Assembly (NCBI GenBank): GCA_016935355.1
Contig: JAFGRC010000009.1
Location: forward strand, 16,057-80,056
Direction: 5' to 3'
DNA: 64,000 nt
From: Bacteroidales bacterium
GTDB lineage: Bacteria > Bacteroidota > Bacteroidia > Bacteroidales > UBA10428
Part shown: positions 1-10,511 of the stretch, one piece after another
Layout of the letters: every line of letters starts with the position of its first letter
How positions within the stretch are numbered: position 1 is the stretch's first letter
Made by a program: the position numbers and the translations under genes
The notes under the pieces: model-generated
The model's database searches: none
The model's input: only the letters and a program-made list of their open reading frames with translations
Told to the model about the DNA's origin: nothing

Positions 1-39
1 AAATTAGTTATTTTTACTGGCCAATCCACATAGTAAATT

Positions 40-1260
40 ATGAAACCTCTCATTGATATAGATCTTAATGATTATGACTATCATCTGCCAGATAAAAGAA
101 TTGCCCAGTATCCCATTCAGGAGCGGGATCACTCCAGAATCCTGATAAAAGGACACGATGGCTGCATCAATCAGGATACCTTCAAAAACCTGAGCAAGTA
201 TGTTCAAAAGGACAGCTGTATGGTTTTCAACAATTCCAGAGTCATACCGGCAAGATTGATATTTAACCTGTCCACAGAGTCTTTTGTCGAGATTTTCTGT
301 TTAAAACCCGTTGACCCGTCAGACTATCAATTGTCCATGCAAACCTCCGGAATTTGCACGTGGCAGTGCATGATCGGGAATAAGAGGCGTTTCAAAAAAA
401 ATGCACTTGAGAAGAAAATCAGTATAAAGGGAATGGAAGTGGTTTTCAGGGCTGAGAAATTGAATTTATCCGGATATGTGGCGGAAATCAGGTTCACATG
501 GGACAATGCCAGTCTGAACTTTGCAGAAATACTGGAACAGGCGGGAAGAATCCCGCTTCCTCCCTATATCAAAAGACCGGACAAAGCAATGGACAGGCTG
601 CGCTATCAAACCATTTACTCCCGGGTTGACGGATCGGTCGCTGCACCCACGGCGGGTTTGCATTTCACCGAAAATATTCTCTCAAAACTCAGGGAAAAAA
701 ATGTTCACATGGTCAATGTAACCTTGCATGTTGGTGCCGGAACATTCCTGCCTGTTAAAACATCCAGTGTTTATCAGCACAATATGCATGCTGAGTATTT
801 CAGTGTTTCGTATGAGGATGTTGAAAAGATTTGTAATGCTGCAGGACCTGTAATTGCTGTGGGCACCACCGCTGCTAGGACCATTGAATCTTTATACTGG
901 TTGGGTGTGAAACAAAGCCTTAATAAAGCGTATGCCAATAATGAATCTCTGGTTCTGCAGCAATGGGAAGCTTATCATCTTCCTGATACCGCCTCTTTTC
1001 ACCAATCGTTCCGGGATCTGCTGACCTGGATGCAAAACAACGGACTAAGAGAAATACATGCACATACAAAGCTTATGATCGTTCCGGGTTATGTGTTCCG
1101 GGTTGCCAATGCTCTGCTTACTAACTTTCACCAGCCCAGAAGCACTTTACTGCTTTTGCTTGCAGCTTTTACCGGTGATTCATGGAAAGATGTTTACGCG
1201 TATGCTATGAACCACAATTTCCGCTTTTTAAGCTATGGTGATTGTTCCCTTTTCTACTGA
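40..1260 (+). CDS. queA: S-adenosylmethionine:tRNA ribosyltransferase-isomerase (queuosine biosynthesis)
   Basis: ATG start. N-terminus YDYHLPDKRIAQYP, plus PLPPYI, AAPTAGLHFT, AVGTTAARTIES and LTNFHQPRSTLL are typical QueA motifs. At 406 aa it is somewhat longer than the E. coli type, with an insertion before the C-terminal PGY segment. Confidence 0.9.
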   Translation: MKPLIDIDLNDYDYHLPDKRIAQYPIQERDHSRILIKGHDGCINQDTFKNLSKYVQKDSCMVFNNSRVIPARLIFNLSTESFVEIFCLKPVDPSDYQLSMQTSGICTWQCMIGNKRRFKKNALEKKISIKGMEVVFRAEKLNLSGYVAEIRFTWDNASLNFAEILEQAGRIPLPPYIKRPDKAMDRLRYQTIYSRVDGSVAAPTAGLHFTENILSKLREKNVHMVNVTLHVGAGTFLPVKTSSVYQHNMHAEYFSVSYEDVEKICNAAGPVIAVGTTAARTIESLYWLGVKQSLNKAYANNESLVLQQWEAYHLPDTASFHQSFRDLLTWMQNNGLREIHAHTKLMIVPGYVFRVANALLTNFHQPRSTLLLLLAAFTGDSWKDVYAYAMNHNFRFLSYGDCSLFY

Positions 1261-1335
1261 AAGGGAGAGCTGGTAACTTTAAGGGATGGAACCGATTCAT
1301 GAACATGCAAATGGCACAGAACCAAATCATTTGGA

Positions 1336-2376
1336 TCATTGATGGATAAGCTCTTTGATGAAATGTGTAAAATCTTCGATATCTTCAGGCTGCGTATCGT
1401 ATGAAGTCATCCAGCGCACTTCATTCGTTGCTTCGTCCCAGACATAGAAGAAATATTCCTTCTGAAGGGGAGCAATGATCTTACGGGGAATCCTTGCAAA
1501 AATGCCGTTTGTCTCGACCTTTTGCGTTACCTGGATTTCCGGAATTTGTTCTGTTTCTTTATAAAGGATTTGTGCCATTTCATTGGCATGACTCGCATTT
1601 GCCTTCCAGATTTTCTGTGTGATGTATGTGTCAAACTGTATTGCAATGAAGCGCATTTTGGAGGCCAGTTGCATACCCTGTTTGCGGATATACCTGAAAT
1701 GTTCAGCAAGTTCCTTCCTGAAAAATATAACGGATTCACCGAAAAGCATTCCGTTTTTTGTACCTCCGAATGATAAAACATCAATCCCGGCATCTTTCGT
1801 GAATGCTTTGAATTCAAGGTTCAGCCGTACTGCAGCATTGGCGAGCCGGGCCCCGTCCACATGAAGATAAAGGTCATGTTTCTTTGCCAGTTGCGATATT
1901 GATTCAATCTCATCACGGGTATAGACTGTTCCCATTTCGGTGGGCTGACTGATCGAAATCACTTTGGGCTGCACATGATGTTCAAATCCAAAACCCTGTA
2001 ATTGTTGAAGGATGTTATCGGGATTCAGTTTTCCGTCAGTCGTATTTACCGGTAGCAGCTTGCAATTGCAGAACCTTTCAGGTGCTCCGCATTCATCCAC
2101 ATTAATATGTGCTGATTCGGCACATATTACTGCATGATAGGGTTGTAAAAGGGAGGCAAGACCAAGGACATTTGCACCGGTACCGGTAAGCACAAAGAAA
2201 GGTTCAGCTTCACGGCCAAATGTATTTCTGAGTGTATCTTCGGCTTTTCTTGTGTAGGGGTCATCGCCATAGGCAATGACATGTCCCCTGTTAGCCCTGG
2301 CTATTGCAGCAAGTATTTCCGGATGAATGCCTGAGTTATTGTCGCTGGCAAAAGCATGATCTTTTATAGCGTTCAT
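1336..2376 (-). CDS. ltaE: low-specificity L-threonine aldolase / beta-eliminating lyase family (PLP-dependent)
   Basis: 346 aa with ATG start. FASDNNSGIHPEILAAI, LTGTGANVL and FGGTKNG (PLP lysine region) resemble the threonine aldolase family. Confidence 0.72.
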   Translation of the reverse strand: MNAIKDHAFASDNNSGIHPEILAAIARANRGHVIAYGDDPYTRKAEDTLRNTFGREAEPFFVLTGTGANVLGLASLLQPYHAVICAESAHINVDECGAPERFCNCKLLPVNTTDGKLNPDNILQQLQGFGFEHHVQPKVISISQPTEMGTVYTRDEIESISQLAKKHDLYLHVDGARLANAAVRLNLEFKAFTKDAGIDVLSFGGTKNGMLFGESVIFFRKELAEHFRYIRKQGMQLASKMRFIAIQFDTYITQKIWKANASHANEMAQILYKETEQIPEIQVTQKVETNGIFARIPRKIIAPLQKEYFFYVWDEATNEVRWMTSYDTQPEDIEDFTHFIKELIHQ

Positions 2377-2512
2377 TTTGCAATCATTGAAAAATTACAA
2401 ATTAATCAAAATTGCACAATAAACAACATCCGAAATCTATTTTCGCGACCCGGTGCGGACAGAATTCCTTCAACAGGGTCAGGCGTATTAAAAGTTTTCC
2501 GGATCACACATC

Positions 2513-3004
2513 TTATTCCTGTTCCTGAAGGGAAACAAATTCAAGTGCCAGGGAATTGATACAATAGCGCAGGCCTGTAGGTTCAGGTCCGTCATCAAAA
2601 ACATGTCCCAGATGCGAATCGCAAACTGCACATGTGACTTCAGTCCTGACAATTCCATAGCTTGTATCCTTGCTGAATGAGAGGTTGCTTTCCGAATGCA
2701 CATCAAAAAAGCTTGGCCATCCGGTACCGGAATTAAATTTGGTATCCGAATCGAACAATCTGTTGCCACATGCAGCACAAATATAATATCCGGGTTCAAA
2801 AAACTTGTCATATTTACCGCTGCCGGGTGCCTCAGTCGCACCAAGTCTGCACACATAATACTGTTCCGGTGTCAGTATGCTGCGCCATTCGCTTTCCGTA
2901 CGCACGATTTTTTCATTACTCTCATCCATATTTTCCACATTTTTTTGTCCTTCAGCACTGCAGGAAATTCCTGCCATAAACAATATGATTAAAAAATACT
3001 TCAT
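2513..3004 (-). CDS. msrB: peptide-methionine (R)-S-oxide reductase MsrB with N-terminal signal/lipoprotein-like peptide
   Basis: SelR core motifs are present: GTGWPSF, CAVCDSHLGHVFDDGP and RYCINS. I prefer the internal ATG at 3004 (MKYFLIILFMAGISCSAEGQ, signal-like) over the track start at 3034. Confidence 0.85.
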   Translation of the reverse strand: MKYFLIILFMAGISCSAEGQKNVENMDESNEKIVRTESEWRSILTPEQYYVCRLGATEAPGSGKYDKFFEPGYYICAACGNRLFDSDTKFNSGTGWPSFFDVHSESNLSFSKDTSYGIVRTEVTCAVCDSHLGHVFDDGPEPTGLRYCINSLALEFVSLQEQE

Positions 3005-3133
3005 AATCTCTTTTTCTATATAAACAATACTCATCTGACTTTGTTAATAAAATTTAGTACAAATTATCTAATAGCTTGTTATTCTGAATTATATTTGCAC
3101 ACCCTAAAAAATGTACAACATAATCAGTACAAC

Positions 3134-4432
3134 ATGTTAATTTATAAAGTATTACGAATAGTTATTGGTATTTTTGTGATTATTTGGATTTTTTTCGGGG
3201 AAATCGCCAGCAGCTTCCCGTTCAAGAAGTCGCATGAATTGCCAGTTGCTGAAAGCAAAATAGTACCTTTTTCCCACAGGCTCAGCAATGATTTTTCATC
3301 ATACCCTTCCACTGCCGTGATCGACAGCGTTTTCACCGATTTCATGAGAAAAAGGGACATTAAGGGAGCTTCGGTTTCGATTACGCGGAACGGACATTTA
3401 CTGTATTCAAAGGGTTTCGGATATGCTGATGAAGAACTGGGTATACAGACGGAACCATATCATTTATTCAGGATTGCCAGTGTTTCCAAGCTTATCACAG
3501 CCGTTGCCATCATGAAAATGAAGGAAAGCGGGATACTGGATCTCAACGATAAGGTCTTTGGTCCGGACGGCATATTAAATGATTCCATTTATCTTGATTA
3601 CCAGGATAAACGCTTTGAAAACATAACGGTTCAGCAATTGCTCAATCATACGGCCGGGTGGAGGCACAAAGGAAGAGATCCGGTTTTTCGTGCGCTGGAA
3701 ATAAAGATGAAGGGTAAAATTATGGACCGGAACATCAATATGGATGATATCATATTGTTCGTATTGAAGCAAAAACTTGATTATGTACCGGGTACAATAT
3801 ATTCCTATTCCAATTTCGGATATGCCCTGCTTGGAAAGATCATTGAAATAAAATCCGGTATGCGGTATGAGGAATATTTGAATTATGAGATTTTTCAACC
3901 GTTGGGTATTTATGATATGCATCTGGGGAAAAGCTTTATGGAAGAACAGTTGCTGAATGAAGTACGTTATTATGATATGGAAAATACCGGATCATTTCCG
4001 GCTTATAACGCGACCGGAACGATGGTTCCCCTTACCTACGGTGCAAACAGTCTGGAGCTGCTCGGGTCAGCCGGTGGCTGGCTTGCCTCGTCACCGGAAC
4101 TGATCAGACTTGTCTGTGCTATCGATGGGTTTTCCGGTTTTCCGGATATTCTTGCATCCTCAAGCATTACTGAAATGACTACACCCATAAAGAGAAGCAC
4201 CCACCTGTATGGATGGCGCGGAAGTGATGGTTACGGGACCTGGTGGCGAACGGGAACGCTTTCCGGTTCAATTGCGCTTGTGATGCGTTACAATAATGAA
4301 TTCAACTGGGTTGTGTTATTGAATACCAGTCCTGTAAAAAGAAAGAAAATCCACAGTGAGATTTCACAGATTATATACAAAGCCATGCTCGGCGTTGACG
4401 ACTGGCCGAGGACCAATCTGTTCATGAACTGA
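3134..4432 (+). CDS. serine hydrolase, beta-lactamase/transpeptidase-like family, N-terminal membrane anchor
   Basis: SxxK motif (ASVSKLITAV) and a YSNFGY (YxN-like) motif. The track start at 3041 is a TTG. The first ATG at 3134 precedes a hydrophobic segment (VLRIVIGIFVIIWIFF). Confidence 0.7.
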   Translation: MLIYKVLRIVIGIFVIIWIFFGEIASSFPFKKSHELPVAESKIVPFSHRLSNDFSSYPSTAVIDSVFTDFMRKRDIKGASVSITRNGHLLYSKGFGYADEELGIQTEPYHLFRIASVSKLITAVAIMKMKESGILDLNDKVFGPDGILNDSIYLDYQDKRFENITVQQLLNHTAGWRHKGRDPVFRALEIKMKGKIMDRNINMDDIILFVLKQKLDYVPGTIYSYSNFGYALLGKIIEIKSGMRYEEYLNYEIFQPLGIYDMHLGKSFMEEQLLNEVRYYDMENTGSFPAYNATGTMVPLTYGANSLELLGSAGGWLASSPELIRLVCAIDGFSGFPDILASSSITEMTTPIKRSTHLYGWRGSDGYGTWWRTGTLSGSIALVMRYNNEFNWVVLLNTSPVKRKKIHSEISQIIYKAMLGVDDWPRTNLFMN

Positions 4433-4513
4433 TGCAGGTTTTGCAATGCAACGCAAAAACTCCGTCTGACTGCATCAAATATCGCTTAAATCCTTCACAG
4501 ACAAGTCCTTTTG

Positions 4514-7500
4514 TTAAATCCCTTCGTGATAATCCTGCAGCGATTTAACCCTGTATGCACCGCTGCGCCTGTCCCTGATTCCCTTTGTCGCTGCCAAGGC
4601 TGCAGAGGTTGTGGTAATATACAGAATATTGTGCTTGATCGCATTTTTACGGATATAGGAATCATCGTATTCACTTAATTTACCTGCAGGTGTATTGATC
4701 ACCAGCTGTATTTCACCGTTCTTAATTGCATCTACAATGTTGGGCCTGCCTTCATATATTTTATTGATGACCTCACTGTCAATCCCGTAACTTTTCAAAA
4801 ACTTGTGTGTGCCTCTTGTGCTGAGGATCCTGAAGTTCATCTCAGCAAACTCCTTCGCAGGTTCAAGTATTCCACCTTTATCCCTGTCAGCTATCGTAAT
4901 TAACACGGATCCTTCTGTAGGCAGTCCAGTTTTGGTCGCTTCCTGGGATTTAAAATAAGCCATTCCGAAGGTATCGGCCAGACCCAGTACTTCACCGGTA
5001 GAATGCATTTCCGGTCCGAGCAAAGGATCCACATCCGGGAACATATTGAAAGGAAAGACGGCTTCTTTAACGCCAAAGTGATTGATTTTTAGGGTATTCA
5101 GTTTAAATTCAGAAAGTTTCTTACCCAGCATGATCCTGGTGGCTATTTTAGCCATCGGGATGTTGCATACTTTGGACACCAGCGGTACGGTACGTGAAGC
5201 CCTTGGATTGGCTTCCAATATATAAACCTGCTCATTGCATATGGCATACTGAACGTTCATGAGACCCACCACACCAAGCTCCAAGGCTATTTTCCGGGTA
5301 TATTCGCAAACGGTCTCGACATGCTTTTCAGGAATGTTGACCGGTGGAATAACACAGGCTGAATCACCCGAATGTACTCCTGCATACTCGATATGTTCCA
5401 TTACTGCGGGGACAAAAGCATCTGTTCCGTCAGAAATTGCATCAGCTTCCACCTCGGTTGCATTCTCGAGAAATTTATCGATCAGTATGGGACGTTCGGG
5501 TGAAACGTCCACTGCTGCCAACACATATTGCTCAAGCATCTCACGGTCAAGGACGATCTTCATGGCACGGCCTCCCAGAACATAAGAAGGTCTCACCATC
5601 AGTGGATAACCTATATTCGAAGCGATATCAAGCGCCTCATCCAGATTGCTGGCCATCCCGGATTCAGGTTCCGGAATATTCAGCTTCTTCATGATCTGCC
5701 GGAACCTGTCGCGGTCTTCTGCCAGATCAATGGTATCGGTACTTGTCCCCAGTATGTTCACACCGCATTTTGCCAGTTCACCTGCAATGTTCAGCGGAGT
5801 CTGACCGCCAAACTGGACGATCACGCCCAGGGGCTTCTCCTTGTTGTATATGCTCAGCACATCTTCTACCGTGAGCGGTTCAAAATACAGTTTGTCGGAT
5901 GTGTCATAATCCGTTGAGACCGTCTCAGGATTGCAATTTACCATGATGGACTCAAATCCTGCCTCACGTATTGAAAAAGCCGCATGAACACAACAATAAT
6001 CAAATTCGATTCCCTGTCCGATCCTGTTCGGTCCTCCGCCCAGAACCATGATCTTTTTCCTGTTGCTGACATCAACCTGGTCAGGTGCATTGTATGTTGA
6101 GTAATAATAGGATGCATTTTCAACACCGCTTACCGGAACAGGTCCCCATGTTTCTCCCAAACCGGCCAGCAGTCTCTGCCTGCGGATGTCCTGTTCCGGC
6201 ACTGACAGCAACCTGGCAAGATACTTGTCCGCAAATCCGTCTTTTTTCGCCTCTGTGAGCAACTGATCCGGGAGACTCCTGCCCGTATAAGTCAGGATCC
6301 GTTCTTCAAGATCCACAAGTTCTTTCATCTGCTGAATAAACCAGGGTTTGATGTGGGTCTTTTCATACAAGTGTTGTATATCGGCTCCTTTACGCAATGC
6401 TTCATACATGATGAACTGCCGTTCACTTGAAGGATGCTGGAGCATGATCATCAATTCTTTCAGTGATTTTGAGTGAAAATCCCTCGCAAACCCAAGTCCG
6501 TATCTTCCATTTTCCAGTGATCTGATTGCTTTATGAAATGCTTCTTTGTATGTTTTGCCAATACTCATCACCTCTCCGACAGCCTGCATTTGTGTTCCAA
6601 GCTTATCTTCCAGTCCTTCAAATTTCTCAAAAGCCCATTTGGCAAATTTAACAACTACATAATCACCTGAAGGCGTATATTTTTCAAGTGTACCGTCGCG
6701 CCAGTAAGGAATTTCGTCAAGTGTAAGTCCGCCGGCAAGCAAAGATGACACAAACGCAATGGGGAATCCGGTAGCTTTTGATGCAAGAGCAGAAGAACGG
6801 GATGTACGGGGATTGATCTCGATGACTACCACCCTGCCTGTTTTCGGGTCATGGGCAAACTGAATGTTGGTACCACCGATCACTTCAATGGCTTCAACAA
6901 TATTATAGGAATATTTCTGCAGCCTTTTCTGCAATGATGCATCAATAGTAAGCATGGGAGCCGTGCAGAAAGAATCTCCGGTATGAACACCCATGGCATC
7001 TACATTTTCAATAAAGCATACCGTGATCATCTGATTTTTTGCATCACGGACCACTTCAAGTTCAAGTTCTTCCCAACCCAGAACTGATTCTTCAACCAGC
7101 ACCTGATTCACCATGCTTGCGGCCAGTCCCCGTGCAACAACAATCCTGAGTTCCTCAATGTTATAGACCAGGCCTCCTCCTGTTCCTCCAAGTGTGTAAG
7201 CCGGACGAATGACAACCGGGTAGCCCAGTTTTTCGGCCGTTCTTTCTGCATCTTCAACTGTATTAACTGCCTGACTTTTTGGCATGTCAATACCAAGTCT
7301 GTTCATGGTTTGCTTAAATGCGATACGATCCTCTCCCCTTTCGATCGCATCAATGTTCACCCCTATGACTTTAACTCCATACTGATCCAGAATACCCTTT
7401 TTAGCCAGCAGAGAGGAAAGATTCAGCCCCGTTTGTCCCCCGAGATTTGGCAACAGTGCATCGGGCCTTTCTTTCTTGATGATCTCAGTCAGTGCATATT

Positions 7501-7711
7501 CATTAAGCGGTTCTATATATGTTATATCGGCCATGTCCGGGTCCGTCATGATGGTCGCAGGATTTGAATTTACCAGTACTATTTTATAGCCCAGGGAACG
7601 CAGCGCTTTGCATGCCTGTGTTCCGGAATAATCAAACTCGCAGGCCTGACCGATCACGATCGGACCTGAACCGATGATCATAATCTTATTTATATCATTG
7701 CGCTTTGCCAT
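4514..7711 (-). CDS. carB: carbamoyl-phosphate synthase large subunit
   Basis: 1065 aa. Duplicated ATP-grasp halves (IIGSGPIVIGQACEFDYSG and VLGGGPNRIGQGIEFDYC) and a C-terminal MGS-like domain. Confidence 0.95.
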   Translation of the reverse strand: MAKRNDINKIMIIGSGPIVIGQACEFDYSGTQACKALRSLGYKIVLVNSNPATIMTDPDMADITYIEPLNEYALTEIIKKERPDALLPNLGGQTGLNLSSLLAKKGILDQYGVKVIGVNIDAIERGEDRIAFKQTMNRLGIDMPKSQAVNTVEDAERTAEKLGYPVVIRPAYTLGGTGGGLVYNIEELRIVVARGLAASMVNQVLVEESVLGWEELELEVVRDAKNQMITVCFIENVDAMGVHTGDSFCTAPMLTIDASLQKRLQKYSYNIVEAIEVIGGTNIQFAHDPKTGRVVVIEINPRTSRSSALASKATGFPIAFVSSLLAGGLTLDEIPYWRDGTLEKYTPSGDYVVVKFAKWAFEKFEGLEDKLGTQMQAVGEVMSIGKTYKEAFHKAIRSLENGRYGLGFARDFHSKSLKELMIMLQHPSSERQFIMYEALRKGADIQHLYEKTHIKPWFIQQMKELVDLEERILTYTGRSLPDQLLTEAKKDGFADKYLARLLSVPEQDIRRQRLLAGLGETWGPVPVSGVENASYYYSTYNAPDQVDVSNRKKIMVLGGGPNRIGQGIEFDYCCVHAAFSIREAGFESIMVNCNPETVSTDYDTSDKLYFEPLTVEDVLSIYNKEKPLGVIVQFGGQTPLNIAGELAKCGVNILGTSTDTIDLAEDRDRFRQIMKKLNIPEPESGMASNLDEALDIASNIGYPLMVRPSYVLGGRAMKIVLDREMLEQYVLAAVDVSPERPILIDKFLENATEVEADAISDGTDAFVPAVMEHIEYAGVHSGDSACVIPPVNIPEKHVETVCEYTRKIALELGVVGLMNVQYAICNEQVYILEANPRASRTVPLVSKVCNIPMAKIATRIMLGKKLSEFKLNTLKINHFGVKEAVFPFNMFPDVDPLLGPEMHSTGEVLGLADTFGMAYFKSQEATKTGLPTEGSVLITIADRDKGGILEPAKEFAEMNFRILSTRGTHKFLKSYGIDSEVINKIYEGRPNIVDAIKNGEIQLVINTPAGKLSEYDDSYIRKNAIKHNILYITTTSAALAATKGIRDRRSGAYRVKSLQDYHEGI

Positions 7712-7868
7712 TATAATTTAGTTCATAAACCGGGGTTGTATCACATTGACTTTTTTACATTGTGAACGCGGTGAAAGATCCATATTTGTCTATAAATAAG
7801 ATTTTTCGCTGTGACTCAAAACTACAGTTCACACATTCAGATCGCTTTTGAAACAACCTCTTATTCGA

Positions 7869-9053
7869 TTATTTTTGAATGATCTGACCGGTTTTTTTGT
7901 CTTTTAATATAAGTTTAACTGAACCGTCGGGCATTTTTTCCTCTTTTACAAAATAATAATCCTTATTGTATTCCTTGAATTTGTTGATCGGTTCTGTTTT
8001 TTCATTGCCCCGCCAGTTCTGAAGCTCAACGGGTTCCCATTTTTTTGATTTTGCGGATCGGTAACAGGCATCCATGATCTCATTCACAACATATCCGTCA
8101 TAAAAAGTTTCCTTGCATTCGATACCTTTCTCCATAGCGCTCAGCATATCAGCAAACATATTGTTATAACCCAGTTCAACCACCTCGTCGGCTACCGGGA
8201 AAATCCATCCTGTTGTACTTTCGGCTTTTTCAGCTATATAAGCTCCCTCCCCCACGGCAGTGAAGATTTCAATACCCGTACGCAAAAAATTGTTGATCCA
8301 TATCGTACCTTCAGTTCCCATGACTTCATCACGCAGGTCCATTCCTCCGCGGAATGACCAGCTGACTTCAAACTGGGCTACAGCACCATTTTCGTAACGC
8401 ACCAAACCAATTGTATTATCTTCTGCATCAATGGGTTTTACTATTGTATCCGACCAGCATACGACTTCCACAGGCCTGATCTCCTTTCCTATATAATTGC
8501 GTCCTATTTCTATGCAATGGCATCCGAGATCCAGCAAAGCACCACCGCCTGAAATTTCTTTGGTCCAGAACCAGTCACTGTGCGGACCGGGATGTGTTTC
8601 ACGTGAACGTGCCCATATTACCTGACCGACCACACCATTTTTTATGGACTCCAGTGCTTTTAATGTTTTTGCAGGATACACGAGATCCTCAAGGTATCCG
8701 TTAAATATGCCAGCTTTTTCCACAGCATCAAGCATGACTTTTGCCTCTGCAGCATTCCGTCCCAAAGGTTTGGTGCATAAAACCGCCTTTTTTGCTTCAG
8801 CAGCTTTAAGTACAGCTTCCTTATGCAGGTTGTTCGGCAAACCGACCACCACAACATCCACTTCCGGATCGTTCACAGCATCATGAATGCTCGTGGTCCA
8901 TTTCGGAATGCCATGTTTTTCAGCAAACTTCCGGCCGCTTTTGTCATCAAGCGAACAGACCATATGCACCTGATCACGGTTCCTCAGTCCGTTGATTGAG
9001 AGCGTGTAAAAACCAGCTATAAATCCGGTTCCCAGCATAGCTATTTTCGCCAT
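7869..9053 (-). CDS. Gfo/Idh/MocA family NAD(P)-dependent oxidoreductase
   Basis: N-terminal Rossmann motif ([13 protein letters not shown]), a C-terminal alpha/beta domain and an EKPL-like CTKPL motif. Confidence 0.75.
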   Translation of the reverse strand: MAKIAMLGTGFIAGFYTLSINGLRNRDQVHMVCSLDDKSGRKFAEKHGIPKWTTSIHDAVNDPEVDVVVVGLPNNLHKEAVLKAAEAKKAVLCTKPLGRNAAEAKVMLDAVEKAGIFNGYLEDLVYPAKTLKALESIKNGVVGQVIWARSRETHPGPHSDWFWTKEISGGGALLDLGCHCIEIGRNYIGKEIRPVEVVCWSDTIVKPIDAEDNTIGLVRYENGAVAQFEVSWSFRGGMDLRDEVMGTEGTIWINNFLRTGIEIFTAVGEGAYIAEKAESTTGWIFPVADEVVELGYNNMFADMLSAMEKGIECKETFYDGYVVNEIMDACYRSAKSKKWEPVELQNWRGNEKTEPINKFKEYNKDYYFVKEEKMPDGSVKLILKDKKTGQIIQK

Positions 9054-9087
9054 AGATTTATATTTTAAGTTATTGAATAATAATTAT

Positions 9088-9936
9088 TTATTTAAGTTCC
9101 AGATGAACCATAACGGGCAGATGGTCCGAAGGCCATTTTACACCGTAACGGTCATCAATGGTTATGTGTTTGTCCACCGTGAAATCTTCCCTGCTGGTAA
9201 AAATGAAATCGATCCTGCGGTCAAGTTTACTGTTTGGTTCAAAGCCGTTAAAAGTACCGGCAGGTCCGTATGGTTTCATCATGCTGTAAGTTTTGCTGTC
9301 TGTCAATACACCGCTGATATACTGAACGGGTTCATCAACCTCCACGCAATTCAGATCGCCCATGAAGAGTACAGGATAATCATCCTGTTTCAGCAGCTCC
9401 CGGATTCTTTGCATGATTAAGGAAGCACCATTCAGTCTTGCTTCAACACCAACGTTATCAAGGTGCGTGTTGAAAACCCAGATGAATCTCCCTGAAGTCC
9501 TGTCCAGCAAAAGCGCGTAAGTGCACACCCTGTCGTATGCTGCATCCCACCCTCGTGAAGGTTTTTCAGGCGTCTGCGACAACCAGAATGTTGAATCTCT
9601 GATAACTTCAAACCTTCCGGTATTAAAAAATATGGCTGAATATTCACCCTGGGTTCCGCCATCTGTCCTTCCTCTCCCAACGAAATTGTAAGTGACAAGA
9701 CTGTTTTTGATATCCTGCAGCTGGTGGTGCAGGGCTTCCTGAACACCAAGAACATCAGGAGCGTAATAATTCAGCAATGCATTTAGCGCATCTTTTCGTT
9801 TATCCCAGTTGTTGGCAGTGTCAACAGGTATGTCTACCCTGATGTTGTATGTCATCACTTTAAAGCTTTGCCCAAATCCGTTCGAAACGAGGAACATGGC
9901 CAGACAGATAACGGCCGGTAATAATTTTCTGTTCAT
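9088..9936 (-). CDS. endonuclease/exonuclease/phosphatase (EEP) family protein, secreted
   Basis: Motifs TYNIR, VLGVQEA, FNTHLD, GDLN and SDHLPV. The internal ATG at 9936 gives a clean signal peptide (MNRKLLPAVICLAMFLVSNGFGQ). The track start is at 10047. Confidence 0.7.
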   Translation of the reverse strand: MNRKLLPAVICLAMFLVSNGFGQSFKVMTYNIRVDIPVDTANNWDKRKDALNALLNYYAPDVLGVQEALHHQLQDIKNSLVTYNFVGRGRTDGGTQGEYSAIFFNTGRFEVIRDSTFWLSQTPEKPSRGWDAAYDRVCTYALLLDRTSGRFIWVFNTHLDNVGVEARLNGASLIMQRIRELLKQDDYPVLFMGDLNCVEVDEPVQYISGVLTDSKTYSMMKPYGPAGTFNGFEPNSKLDRRIDFIFTSREDFTVDKHITIDDRYGVKWPSDHLPVMVHLELK

Positions 9937-10229
9937 ATTGAATCGTTTAATAAGTTCGTTCACACAAATTATGGTCAGCACAATTCCTGATAAATATAGA
10001 TAAATATTTGGAATCATTTGATTCAGCGTTTGCAGTTCTTCCGTCATATAAACCGGTATATTGTTTCCAACAGGTGATGATCTGATAAAAACCGCCCAGG
10101 CATAAATGATCCAAATGCATCAAGTGAAAAACGGACATATAAATTTAACCCTACCCGGTTTTTTTCGTATACCTGTATGTGAGTTCATCTAAATCTGGTT
10201 ATTCTGAATCAGGCGCAAAACAGGTAAAA

Positions 10230-10439
10230 ATGAAAAGCAGAATCGTAATCTTACTGGTGTTTGTTTTCTTATGTGCCGGTACCGGGGCCTGTGGATCACA
10301 GAAATATGCCACAAAGCGGATCAATCTTATGATGCCCAAAAAATCGGAAATGGCCAATAATGACCGGTACAAGGAACCCGCTGAGAGAAAGACCAATAAG
10401 GTCAACACCAAAAAACCAAAAAGAAAGAGCTTTTTTTAA
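10230..10439 (+). CDS. small hypothetical secreted/lipoprotein-like protein with a lysine-rich tail
   Basis: The ATG at 10230 gives MKSRIVILLVFVFLCAGTGACGS (a signal peptide with Cys) followed by a basic low-complexity tail. I recognise no family, so it may not be expressed. Confidence 0.35.
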   Translation: MKSRIVILLVFVFLCAGTGACGSQKYATKRINLMMPKKSEMANNDRYKEPAERKTNKVNTKKPKRKSFF

Positions 10440-10483
10440 AGCGTATAGCTGAAAAACTTTTCAACAATTTTTCTAAGTATATA

Positions 10484-10511
10484 TTATTAATATACAGTAA
10501 TATATTAATAA
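10484..10511. repeat. perfect 11-bp inverted repeat TTATTAATATA-N6-TATATTAATAA in the leader of the giant surface-protein gene
   Basis: Read directly: 10484-10494 is the reverse complement of 10501-10511. It is composed only of A/T and its function is unknown. Confidence 0.85.

Noticed and set aside
4514-7711. carB has no adjacent carA.
   Set aside because: The small subunit gene can be encoded elsewhere, so its absence from this window is not evidence of anything unusual.
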